From contig JBFGOQ010000002.1 in the NCBI GenBank assembly GCA_041565075.1, forward strand, positions 16,211 to 80,210: DNA of 64,000 nt. The letters are read 5' to 3'. The notes beneath the pieces were generated by a model. It saw only the letters and a program-made list of their open reading frames with translations, made no database searches and was not told the DNA's origin. This stretch comes from Gammaproteobacteria bacterium (GTDB lineage: Bacteria; Pseudomonadota; Gammaproteobacteria; Steroidobacterales; JABDLF01). Positions 32,633 to 41,008 of the stretch are shown here, piece by piece; position 1 is the first letter of the stretch; every line of letters begins with the position of its first letter. The position numbers and the translations under genes are program-made.

Positions 32633-33166
32633 ATGAAGAGCCTGGCCGGATTATTGTTAATTTGTCTGTCGCTGCCCGCGGCGGCGGCGACCTATCGCTG
32701 GGTGGATGCCAACGGTCAGGTCCACTATTCCGACCGGCCCCGGGAAAATGCCGAGAAAGTCGAGATTTCCGGCGCCCAGACATACACGCCGACAGGCCGT
32801 GCCCGCCCGCAGGCGGCCAGCCGCGGCACCGGCAGCGAGGACGAGGCGCAGCCGATATACCAGAGCCTCAGGGTAGTGCGCCCTGCGCCACAGGAAACTT
32901 ACCGCAACATCGCCGGGCGCCTGCCGGTCACGCTCAGCCTGACTCCTTCGCTGAGTCCCGGCCACAGCCTGCAGGTCTTCTACGATGGCCGGCCGGTTGT
33001 CAGCTGGCCGGCGCGGCAGCTCAGCTTCACCCTGACGGACGTATATCGTGGTGAACACAATCTCCGGGCAGTCGTGGTCGATATCGATGGCAAGCAACTG
33101 GCGTCCAGTGAAACGGTCACCTTCTACGTGCATCAGACCAGCCTCTTTAACCGGGCGCGTAACTAA
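32633..33166 (+). CDS. DUF4124 domain-containing periplasmic protein
   Basis: Signal peptide MKSLAGLLLICLSLPAAAA followed by the YRWVDANGQVHYSDRP motif typical of DUF4124. Confidence 0.75.
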   Translation: MKSLAGLLLICLSLPAAAATYRWVDANGQVHYSDRPRENAEKVEISGAQTYTPTGRARPQAASRGTGSEDEAQPIYQSLRVVRPAPQETYRNIAGRLPVTLSLTPSLSPGHSLQVFYDGRPVVSWPARQLSFTLTDVYRGEHNLRAVVVDIDGKQLASSETVTFYVHQTSLFNRARN

Positions 33167-33196
33167 CCTTCATTTGCTGCCGGCGCGGACACTTTC

Positions 33197-34171
33197 GTGT
33201 TGAGCCGGGCGATAGACATTCCGGAACTTTGTGGCAGCAGCCACGCGATCCAAAAAATCCGCGACTCTTTTGAGGTGCTGTCTGCGGCCCGCAGCCCGGT
33301 GCTGTTGATTGGCGAGAGCGGCACAGGCAGGGAAGAGGTTGCCAGAGCCCTGCACCGGCATTCCGGCGGAACGCTGCGTGGTTTTGTGGTGGCCGATGTC
33401 AGCGACGTGCCGTCTGCCGACACGGAGGCGCTGCTGTTCGGTGACGGCGCAGCGTTCAAAAGGGCAAATGCGGGCACGGTTTATTTTGATGAAGTCGGTG
33501 TGTTGGCGCCGGCGCTGCAGGCGCGGCTGCTTCGCGTGCTGCAGGATGGTGAATTCTGCCCGCTCGGAGAGGATACGCCGGTGAAAACGGGCGCGCGTAT
33601 CATGGCCGCCACCACCCAGGATTTGCGCGCCCGCGCTCAGGCGGGGCTGTTCAACACAAGCTTGCTGAAAGCACTGGCGTCTAACGAGCTGAGATTGCCG
33701 CCGCTAAGGCATCGACGCGACGACCTCCCCGAGCTCATCAGGCATTACCTGCAGCTCGAGGCCAGTGAGCTCAGCATCATCGCCAAAACCATGAGCAAGG
33801 AGGCCATCGACAAGCTGGCGGCACTGGACTGGCCGGGCAACCTGCCGCAGCTTGAGAGTGTCTGTCGGCGAACGACAGCTTTCACAACCGGGCGCCGGAT
33901 AGATGTCGAAGACTTGCCCGACGAACTCGGGCGCAAGCCCAAAAAACGCAGTGATGGCTGGATCGACGCGCTGGACGCCTGGGCGCGCACGGCCCTGGAT
34001 CAAGGCGAAGTGGGCCTGCTGAACCTTATCGTGCCCCAGATCGAGCGCACACTGATTGCTGCGGCGCTCGAGAAGTCCGGCGGTCAGCGCCAGGAAGCCG
34101 CGCGCCTGCTGGGCTGGGGCCGCAACACCCTGACTCGCAAGATCAAAGACCTGGATATAGATTCCGACTAG
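33197..34171 (+). CDS. NtrC-like AAA+/Fis-HTH regulator lacking a receiver domain and lacking the GAFTGA loop
   Basis: Walker A GESGTGRE, Walker B TVYFDEVG, LLRVLQDGEF, WPGNLPQLES, and C-terminal HTH EAARLLGWGRNTLTRKIKDL. GTG start. The frame is closed by TAA at 33164-33166, so no upstream domain is possible. Confidence 0.8.
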   Translation: MLSRAIDIPELCGSSHAIQKIRDSFEVLSAARSPVLLIGESGTGREEVARALHRHSGGTLRGFVVADVSDVPSADTEALLFGDGAAFKRANAGTVYFDEVGVLAPALQARLLRVLQDGEFCPLGEDTPVKTGARIMAATTQDLRARAQAGLFNTSLLKALASNELRLPPLRHRRDDLPELIRHYLQLEASELSIIAKTMSKEAIDKLAALDWPGNLPQLESVCRRTTAFTTGRRIDVEDLPDELGRKPKKRSDGWIDALDAWARTALDQGEVGLLNLIVPQIERTLIAAALEKSGGQRQEAARLLGWGRNTLTRKIKDLDIDSD

Positions 34172-34183
34172 CCTCAGGCGGCA

Positions 34184-35167
34184 TTAGCCAGCGCCGCAGG
34201 TATCGACCGATACTGCCCCTTGATGCACGCTGCCTACGAGGGCGTCGATAGACGCGAGTTTATGACGCGCCAGGTAATCCCTGATCCCGTCATTGATCTT
34301 GCTGCAAATCAGCGGATCGTAAAAAAGCGCGGTGCCCACGCCCACGGCATGCGCGCCCGCAATCAGGAATTCCAGCGCGTCTTTTGCTGTATGAATGCCG
34401 CCCTGGCCAATAATCGGCACCCCATGTTGCCGGGCAACCTGATAGACCTGATGCACTTTCAGCAAGGCGATAGGCTTGATCGCGGGGCCAGACAGCCCGC
34501 CCTGGATGTTACCGATGACAGGTTCTCGTTTTTCAACGTCTATGGCCATGCCCATAACAGTATTGATCACTGCAAGGGCGTCGGTGCCGGCATCGATGCA
34601 GCGCCGCGCATTACCGGCGATGTCGGTCTGATTCGGAGACAATTTGGTAATGAGAGGCTTGCCGGTAACGGCCCTGCAAGCGGTGACCACGCGTGCTGAC
34701 ATATCCGGGTCATTGCCGAATGCAACGCCGCCCTCCTTTACATTAGGGCAGGAGATGTTTATTTCCATCGCATCGATGGGCGAGTCGTCGAATTTGCGGG
34801 TTACCGCCACATATTCTTCAATTGTCGAACCACATACATTTGCGATGAAGCGGGTCTCGGAAAAATCCAGCGTCGGCAGGATTTTGTCCACCACGTGATG
34901 AACGCCCGGGTTTTGCAGACCGATTGCGTTGAGCATGCCCATGGGGGTCTCGTAGATACGATGCGGAGGATTGCCGAGGCGAGGCTGTTCGGTGGTGCCT
35001 TTAAGGCACACGCCACCGACCTCGGTGTTGGTAAAGCCCGCCACGCGTGTGTACTCTTCCCCAAAGCCGACGCAGCCAGACAACAACACGATGGGCGATG
35101 CGAATGACATGCCACAAAAAGTGCTGGCCAGCGGGTTGGGTGACGATTTCAGGGCAACGTCGGCCAT
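34184..35167 (-). CDS. Class 1 (cytosolic, Cys-type) dihydroorotate dehydrogenase-like flavoprotein
   Basis: NISCPN active-site Cys motif, GLSGPAIKPIAL, and GGIHTAKDALEFLIAGA (FMN-binding TIM barrel). The start is set at MADVALK (ATG 35165-35167). Confidence 0.75.
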   Translation of the reverse strand: MADVALKSSPNPLASTFCGMSFASPIVLLSGCVGFGEEYTRVAGFTNTEVGGVCLKGTTEQPRLGNPPHRIYETPMGMLNAIGLQNPGVHHVVDKILPTLDFSETRFIANVCGSTIEEYVAVTRKFDDSPIDAMEINISCPNVKEGGVAFGNDPDMSARVVTACRAVTGKPLITKLSPNQTDIAGNARRCIDAGTDALAVINTVMGMAIDVEKREPVIGNIQGGLSGPAIKPIALLKVHQVYQVARQHGVPIIGQGGIHTAKDALEFLIAGAHAVGVGTALFYDPLICSKINDGIRDYLARHKLASIDALVGSVHQGAVSVDTCGAG

Positions 35168-35207
35168 GAGGTTCCTGGTAGCGAATTGAGCAGGATCACG
35201 ATCCCGC

Positions 35208-35663
35208 ATGTATCACGTCATTCTATACGAGCCGGAGATCCCGCCAAACACCGGCAACGTGATCAGGCTGTGCGCCAACACGGGCACGACCCTGCACCTG
35301 GTTGAGCCATTGGGCTTTGAACTTGACGACAAGAGACTGCGCAGAGCCGGCCTGGATTATCGGGAGTACGCCAAGGTCAACACGTGCACAAGCCTCGCAG
35401 CGGCCATCGTAGCCGCAGGCGCGGGACGTGTATTTGCAGTATCGACGCGCGGCACCACCCGTCATGATGCGCCACGCTATCGTGGCGGCGATATATTCGT
35501 ATTCGGCCCCGAGACTCGCGGCCTGCCGCAATCGGTCATTGACGGCGTGCCGTCGGAGCAACGCCTGCGCATCCCCATGCGCTCCGGGAATCGCAGCCTT
35601 AACCTCGCCAATGCTGTCGCGGTGGTGGTCTACGAAGCGTGGCGCCAGGCTGGTTTTGCCTGA
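35208..35663 (+). CDS. trmL: tRNA (cytidine(34)-2'-O)-methyltransferase (SpoU/TrmL family)
   Basis: MYHVILYEPEIPPNTGNVIRLCANTG and the C-terminal SLNLANAVAVVVYEA knot motif. 151 aa. Confidence 0.88.
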   Translation: MYHVILYEPEIPPNTGNVIRLCANTGTTLHLVEPLGFELDDKRLRRAGLDYREYAKVNTCTSLAAAIVAAGAGRVFAVSTRGTTRHDAPRYRGGDIFVFGPETRGLPQSVIDGVPSEQRLRIPMRSGNRSLNLANAVAVVVYEAWRQAGFA

Positions 35664-35698
35664 GGCAGAAAAATTCAGCAGTGGGCGCTACTGGCGTA

Positions 35699-36808
35699 AT
35701 GATCAGCCGGGGCACGCAAGATTCCCTGTATCATCTGGAGTCGTTTGTCCCGGGGGAAACTGCCTTGAGCGCCGTAGACTGGACCCGCCTCAAACCTGTT
35801 CGCGACTGGGAAAATGTCGACGCCGAGATGTTCGCTGCGGAGATCGCATCCAGCAATAAACCGGCCGTTTTTCGTGACTTCGCCGGTGATTGGCCGGCTG
35901 TCGTGGCAGGGAAAGCCGGCCCTCGTGAATTCGCCAGCTATGTTGCGGGTTTTGCCGCCGATCGCGTGGTTGAGGCATTTTTCGCGCCGCCTGATATCAA
36001 GGGCCGCTTTTTTTACAGCGATGACTTGCGGGGCTTTAATTTTGAACGCAGGCAGCTTGCGCTCGGGGAGTTACTCGACACACTGCTGGCCCATCTTGAC
36101 ACCCCGAATCCACCTTGCATTTACGCCGGCGCCATTCCGCTGACCGATGGGCTTACCCGGCTGCGGCAAGAGAATCAAACCACACTGGTCGATCCCGATC
36201 GGGCGCAACTCGTTTCCATATGGATTGGCAATCGCGGACGCGTGGCCGCCCACTGGGATCTGCCGCAAAATATCGCCGCGGTGGTTGCCGGACGCCGTCG
36301 CTTTACGCTGTTCCCTACAGAGCAAGTCAAGAATCTGTACGTGGGGCCGCTGGACTTGACGATTGCCGGACAGCCTATCAGCCTGGTCGATTTCCACGCC
36401 CCGGACCTCGAGCGCTTTCCCCGTTTTGCCGATGCACTGGAACATGCCGTTTGCACAGAGCTCGGCCCGGGCGACGCAATCTATATTCCCAGCCTGTGGT
36501 TTCACCATGTAGAGTCGCTGGACCCGCTTGGTGCCCTGATCAACTACTGGTGGCGCGATGCCAAGCCGCATATGTTTACGCCGCGGATCACATTGTTGCA
36601 CGCATTGTTATCGATACGGGATTTGCCGGAGCATGAGCGCCTGGCGTGGCGCACCATGTTCGATCATTACATTTTCCAGGTTAATGGCGACCCCATGGCG
36701 CATATTCCTGATGAGGCGCGCGGCATTTTTGGTGACATGAACGAAGAAAGGTTGACCCAAATCCGGGCCAGCCTCCTGCGCAGCATGGGAATCAAGCTGC
36801 GCAACTAA
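35699..36808 (+). CDS. Cupin-like (JmjC / cupin_8) domain protein, putative 2OG-Fe(II) oxygenase
   Basis: The central region WIGNRGRVAAHWDLPQNIAAVVAGRRRFTLFP ... GDAIYIPSLWFHHVESL matches the JmjC-type cupin pattern (H-x-D ... H). The start is set at the ATG at 35699. Confidence 0.65.
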   Translation: MISRGTQDSLYHLESFVPGETALSAVDWTRLKPVRDWENVDAEMFAAEIASSNKPAVFRDFAGDWPAVVAGKAGPREFASYVAGFAADRVVEAFFAPPDIKGRFFYSDDLRGFNFERRQLALGELLDTLLAHLDTPNPPCIYAGAIPLTDGLTRLRQENQTTLVDPDRAQLVSIWIGNRGRVAAHWDLPQNIAAVVAGRRRFTLFPTEQVKNLYVGPLDLTIAGQPISLVDFHAPDLERFPRFADALEHAVCTELGPGDAIYIPSLWFHHVESLDPLGALINYWWRDAKPHMFTPRITLLHALLSIRDLPEHERLAWRTMFDHYIFQVNGDPMAHIPDEARGIFGDMNEERLTQIRASLLRSMGIKLRN

Positions 36809-36828
36809 GCAAGCGAGCCGCTGTTTTT

Positions 36829-37743
36829 CTACCGCTTTCTGTCGCGCGCGTCCTTGACCAAGGTGCGTGTCATGCGCTCGGTGTTGATAAATCCCCAGGT
36901 CCAATCTGCGTCGTAGTCTGACAGGGGATTCAAAGCAACGATCTCTTCTTCGCTCTTGCCCATGTGCAGCAGCTGGCGCACCCGGTCGCGTGCATCCATG
37001 AGCATATCGCGCGCGACTTCTACGTCGGCTTTGCTGGCGACAGAGCCATGTCCCGGAATGATCTTGGTGTTGACACCAGCCAGGGTTAGCACCTTCTCCT
37101 GTGCGGCGAGATATCCATCGACACTGCCGCCGGAATCGAGATCGACATAGGGATACCGGCCATTAAACACCACGTCGCCGGTATGAATAACGTCGGCGTC
37201 AGGAAAATAAATGATGGCATCGCCGTCAGTATGCGCCCGGGCCACGTGTATGACGTGAGCGCGATGCCCATTGAGGTGCAGGGTAACTCCGTCGGAAAAG
37301 GTGAGTTCTGGCAACATGTGTTTTCCGGCTGGCCGCTTACCGCCCGGCGCACTGACGCCATCGGACAACATGCGTGAGCGAATGTTGTCATGGGCGATGA
37401 TCATGGCACCTTGCCGGCTCAGACCGGCGTTATTTCCCAGGTGGTCGCCATGCACATGAGTGTTGATCACATAATCGACCGGCGCACCGGCAAGTTTTTC
37501 AATTGATGCAAGCATGAGCTCAAAGTATTGTGGCATGCCGTCATCGATCAGGATCACACCGTCCTCGCCTGTCCACAGACCCAGATTGCCGCCGGTGAAC
37601 CCACCGGCGCCTTCCAGCATGAAGATGCCAGGTGCGACCTGGGTCGATTTAAAGGAAACCGCGGCCTGCTGAGCACTGGCGTGGCCGGCCAGAAGGATGC
37701 CGGTTGCGAGGAGAGCACTAATGAGTAAAGGGTTTCGTGTCAT
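36829..37743 (-). CDS. Periplasmic MBL-fold metallo-hydrolase
   Basis: Signal peptide MTRNPLLISALLATGILLAGHASA, metal motif NTHVHGDH, later HTDGD and PGHG. Confidence 0.8.
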   Translation of the reverse strand: MTRNPLLISALLATGILLAGHASAQQAAVSFKSTQVAPGIFMLEGAGGFTGGNLGLWTGEDGVILIDDGMPQYFELMLASIEKLAGAPVDYVINTHVHGDHLGNNAGLSRQGAMIIAHDNIRSRMLSDGVSAPGGKRPAGKHMLPELTFSDGVTLHLNGHRAHVIHVARAHTDGDAIIYFPDADVIHTGDVVFNGRYPYVDLDSGGSVDGYLAAQEKVLTLAGVNTKIIPGHGSVASKADVEVARDMLMDARDRVRQLLHMGKSEEEIVALNPLSDYDADWTWGFINTERMTRTLVKDARDRKR

Positions 37744-37794
37744 GTTGTTCCTCCCGTAGGTCGCCAGAGTATAAGCTAGCCGCCAAGCCCGGCG

Positions 37795-38520
37795 ATGAGC
37801 AGACCCATGTCGAACCATGACAAGTCTTCATATCTGGCGGAAAACGAGACTCCTTCGGTCACAATCCTCCGTCATGGTCATGAACAGCAAGCGGTGGCGG
37901 TGATCGACAACTTCGTTCCCCGGGCCGAGCGCCTGGTGGATGACGCTGCCCACCGCGAGTTCACAACCATCGGTCCATATTACCCGGGCGTGCGTGCGCC
38001 GGCTGACCCGAATTACCTCACGCCCGCACGGCTACTGTTGGAAGATATCCTGCGTGAAGTGTTCTCGCATAAGCAGGGTGCCCGTCTCGTAGAGTGCAAT
38101 TATTCCCTGGTCACGACGGCTCCCGAGAGACTGCAGCCCATTCAGCGGCTGCCACACTTCGATACCACGGAGCCCGGCCGGATCGCGTTGCTGCATTACT
38201 TGTGTGGGCCGGACATGGGCGGCACGGCCTTCTACAGGCATCGCGCGACAGGGTACGAGACGGTAACGGCAGAGCGGTTCGACACTTACCGGTCAACCCT
38301 GCACAAGGAGGCGGATCACATGGGACTTCCGCCAGCCAGGTATTTTGCGGGGGACACGGCGCAGTTCGAGCAAATCGCCATCCATGAAGCCCGCTTTAAT
38401 CGCGCCATTATTTACCGCGGGATCAATCTGCATTCCGGCTTCATTCCAGAAACGCTCACATACTCCGCGAATCCGAAAGCGGGGCGGCTCACAGTTAACA
38501 CTTTTCTTTCCTGTTTCTGA
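37795..38520 (+). CDS. Hypothetical protein, DUF6445-like / putative 2OG-Fe(II) oxygenase fold
   Basis: LPHFD (H-x-D) ... GGTAFYRH ... later His residues. The pattern resembles DUF6445 but is not verified. An alternative start lies at 37807. Confidence 0.45.
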   Translation: MSRPMSNHDKSSYLAENETPSVTILRHGHEQQAVAVIDNFVPRAERLVDDAAHREFTTIGPYYPGVRAPADPNYLTPARLLLEDILREVFSHKQGARLVECNYSLVTTAPERLQPIQRLPHFDTTEPGRIALLHYLCGPDMGGTAFYRHRATGYETVTAERFDTYRSTLHKEADHMGLPPARYFAGDTAQFEQIAIHEARFNRAIIYRGINLHSGFIPETLTYSANPKAGRLTVNTFLSCF

Positions 38521-38563
38521 TGCAATCCGGCGCAGTCAGGCAGCGCAGTTACTTGCGGCCCTG

Positions 38564-39577
38564 TCAGCCATGTTCCGTGCGCAACTGCCGACCCATTAAG
38601 TTAGCAACAGCCTGTTCCGGCGACAGGTGCTCGTACAGCACTTTGTACACTTGCTCGGTGATGGGCATTTCAACGCCAAGTCTTTGTGCGAGTTGCCAGA
38701 CTGCACGCGCGGCCTGAACACCTTCGACTACCTGCTGAATTTCCTGCTCGGCCTCGGCAATGGTCTTGCCCGCCGCGAGAGCGAGACCCATGCGCCGGTT
38801 GCGCGACTGGTTATCTGTGCAAGTAAGGATGAGATCGCCGATTCCCGCCAGGCCCATGAATGTCTCGGGCCGAGCGCCGAGCGCGGTGCCGAGCCGGGTC
38901 ATCTCCGATAAGCCACGGGTAATCAGGGCAACGCGGGTATTGGCACCGTAGCCCAGGCCGTCCGAAATGCCGGCGCCGATAGCCAGTACATTCTTTACGG
39001 CACCACCAACCTCGACCCCGGTGATATCCGACGAGGTATAGGCGCGGAATCCCTCGCCGGAGATGCTCTCGGCCAGGTCCCTGGCAAACAATTCTGTGGC
39101 CGATGCCACGGTCATTGCGGTAGGCAGGTGCGCGCCCACCTCCTTAGCAAAGGTAGGACCAGACAGAACGGCCGTGGGCAGCGATGCGCCCAGCACTTCA
39201 GCGGCGACCTGGTGTGGCAGCCGCCCGGTGTCCATCTCGAATCCCTTGGTGGCCCAGCACAGCCGTGCATCAGGAGCCAGATGCGGCTTCAGAGCCTCGA
39301 GCGTTTCGTGAAAGGCATGGCTTGGTACGCACACCAATATATCCCTGGCGCGGGATGCGGCAGATGCAATATCAGGCACCACTTCCAGGGCCGCCGGGAA
39401 AGTTGCGCCGGGCAGATAGCGGGCGTTACAACGCTCGCGCGCCATGGCAGCAAGCTGTCCGCGGTCGCGGCCCCACAGCAAAGTGCTGCGGCCGCTGCGC
39501 GCAAACTGAATCGCCAGCGCCGTGCCCCAGGATCCGGCGCCGATTACTGCAATGGGTTTTTGCTGACCGGTATTCAC
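38564..39577 (-). CDS. gpsA: NAD(P)H-dependent glycerol-3-phosphate dehydrogenase
   Basis: IAVIGAGSWGTALA Rossmann motif and full-length GpsA resemblance. I set a GTG start at 39575-39577 to avoid a 56-nt overlap with secB. The track start at 39661 is likely too long. Confidence 0.9.
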   Translation of the reverse strand: MNTGQQKPIAVIGAGSWGTALAIQFARSGRSTLLWGRDRGQLAAMARERCNARYLPGATFPAALEVVPDIASAASRARDILVCVPSHAFHETLEALKPHLAPDARLCWATKGFEMDTGRLPHQVAAEVLGASLPTAVLSGPTFAKEVGAHLPTAMTVASATELFARDLAESISGEGFRAYTSSDITGVEVGGAVKNVLAIGAGISDGLGYGANTRVALITRGLSEMTRLGTALGARPETFMGLAGIGDLILTCTDNQSRNRRMGLALAAGKTIAEAEQEIQQVVEGVQAARAVWQLAQRLGVEMPITEQVYKVLYEHLSPEQAVANLMGRQLRTEHG

Positions 39578-39605
39578 CGGGCGCCAGTGCCTCGGTGTCC
39601 GCGAC

Positions 39606-40082
39606 TCAGGCTTGCTGTTGCGCTGATGCCTGTTCCAGGTGTGCCTGGTACATGGCTTCAAAGTTCAGCGGCTGAACTACCAGCTGCGGAAAGCCGCCCC
39701 GGGATACCAGGCCGCCGACGGCCTCACGGGCATACGGGTACAGCACGTTAGGGCAATATGCTCCCAGCATCCGATCAAATTCTGGTCCTTCGAAGCCGGA
39801 GAACTCGAATATTCCTGCCTGCTCGACTTCCACGAGCAGCGCTGTCTTGTCACCGTGGACGGCTTCCACCGAAAGGTGCAGGGACACCTCCCAGTGCCCC
39901 GGGGAGACGGTATCGAGCTGGCGATTATTGGCCTTGATATTAAGAGTAATTTTCGGTTCCCAGCTGCCACTGAAAACTTCCGGGGAGTTGGGCGCCTCGA
40001 ATGATGCGTCCTTTAAGTAAACGCGGTGGACTACGACGCTGCGTTCGGCAACGCTCTGATTGTTCTGGTCATTATCAGCCAT
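39606..40082 (-). CDS. secB: Protein-export chaperone SecB
   Basis: VHRVYLKDASFEAPNSP ... LYPYAREAVGGLVSRGGFPQLVVQPLNFEAMY is typical SecB. Confidence 0.95.
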   Translation of the reverse strand: MADNDQNNQSVAERSVVVHRVYLKDASFEAPNSPEVFSGSWEPKITLNIKANNRQLDTVSPGHWEVSLHLSVEAVHGDKTALLVEVEQAGIFEFSGFEGPEFDRMLGAYCPNVLYPYAREAVGGLVSRGGFPQLVVQPLNFEAMYQAHLEQASAQQQA

Positions 40083-40136
40083 GGGTCTTTCCTGTCAGTA
40101 GTTCATATAGTGATTATTGTGACGCTCCCGGCAAGT

Positions 40137-40418
40137 TCAAGCCGCCGTCGATGCGTCCCCGGCTTCGAGCAGCACATCAAGCTTGCCCGCCCGCTCCAAT
40201 GCGTAGAGTTCGTCGAAGCCGCCAATATGCTGCTCGCCAATCCAGATCTGCGGAACAGTGCGGCGTCCCGAACGTTTTACCATTTCCATTCGCTTGTCCG
40301 GGTCATGATCGACGCGCACCTCGTCCCAGGTCGCATCCTTGCTGGCCAGCAGAGCCTTGGCGCGCCGGCAAAAGCCGCAGTATTCCGCGGTATACATTTG
40401 TATTCTCGATCCTGCCAT
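40137..40418 (-). CDS. grxC: Glutaredoxin 3
   Basis: CGFC active site, RRTVPQIWIGEQHIGGFDELYAL. The start is set at the ATG at 40416-40418. The track ORF starts at a TTG 12 nt upstream. Confidence 0.9.
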   Translation of the reverse strand: MAGSRIQMYTAEYCGFCRRAKALLASKDATWDEVRVDHDPDKRMEMVKRSGRRTVPQIWIGEQHIGGFDELYALERAGKLDVLLEAGDASTAA

Positions 40419-40432
40419 TCTCACCGCCAACC

Positions 40433-40846
40433 CTATTTTTTTTTCGTCAGTGGCAGCTTGTCCTGCTGCCAGGCACGGATACCGCCACGAAGATTAAAAA
40501 CTCTGTCAAAACCCCGTTTCTTCAATGCCGCCATGGCACGCTGGCTCGTTGCTCCGGTATCACAGCACAGGATCAGTGGTGCATCTTTCTTGATTTGCCC
40601 GGACTTGTCGCTGAGCTCGTCCATGGGAATGTTCTTGGCGCCGAGTATATGCCCCGCGTGAAAGGCTTCGGTGCTGCGCACATCGATAACCTGGCCGCCG
40701 GCATTCATCAGCTTCACGGTCTCGGCCACGCCCAGCTGGTCGCCGCCCGCGCGGCGCAGTTCTGAATACACGATCAACGCGAGCAATACCGCTGCCGATC
40801 CGATCAGTATCGGATGGTTGCCAACGAATTCCAGAACCTGCTCCAT
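40433..40846 (-). CDS. Rhodanese-like domain protein with N-terminal TM anchor
   Basis: VIDVRSTEAFHAGHILGAKNIP and the active-site loop LILCCDTGATSQRA. The start is set at MEQVLEFVGNHP. Confidence 0.85.
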   Translation of the reverse strand: MEQVLEFVGNHPILIGSAAVLLALIVYSELRRAGGDQLGVAETVKLMNAGGQVIDVRSTEAFHAGHILGAKNIPMDELSDKSGQIKKDAPLILCCDTGATSQRAMAALKKRGFDRVFNLRGGIRAWQQDKLPLTKKK

Positions 40847-41008
40847 CGGCAGCGCTCCCGACCTTGCCCAAAACACGCCATTATAGCAAAGGGGCCGCCC
40901 TGATCCCGGGCCCGCGCAGGCCGTGGAGCCTATGTTTGAGCCAACAAACTCTCTAAACTTGCGGCTTTGCTGGTCCTTGTCGGGGCCCTAACAAAAGGAT
41001 GCGACCAA

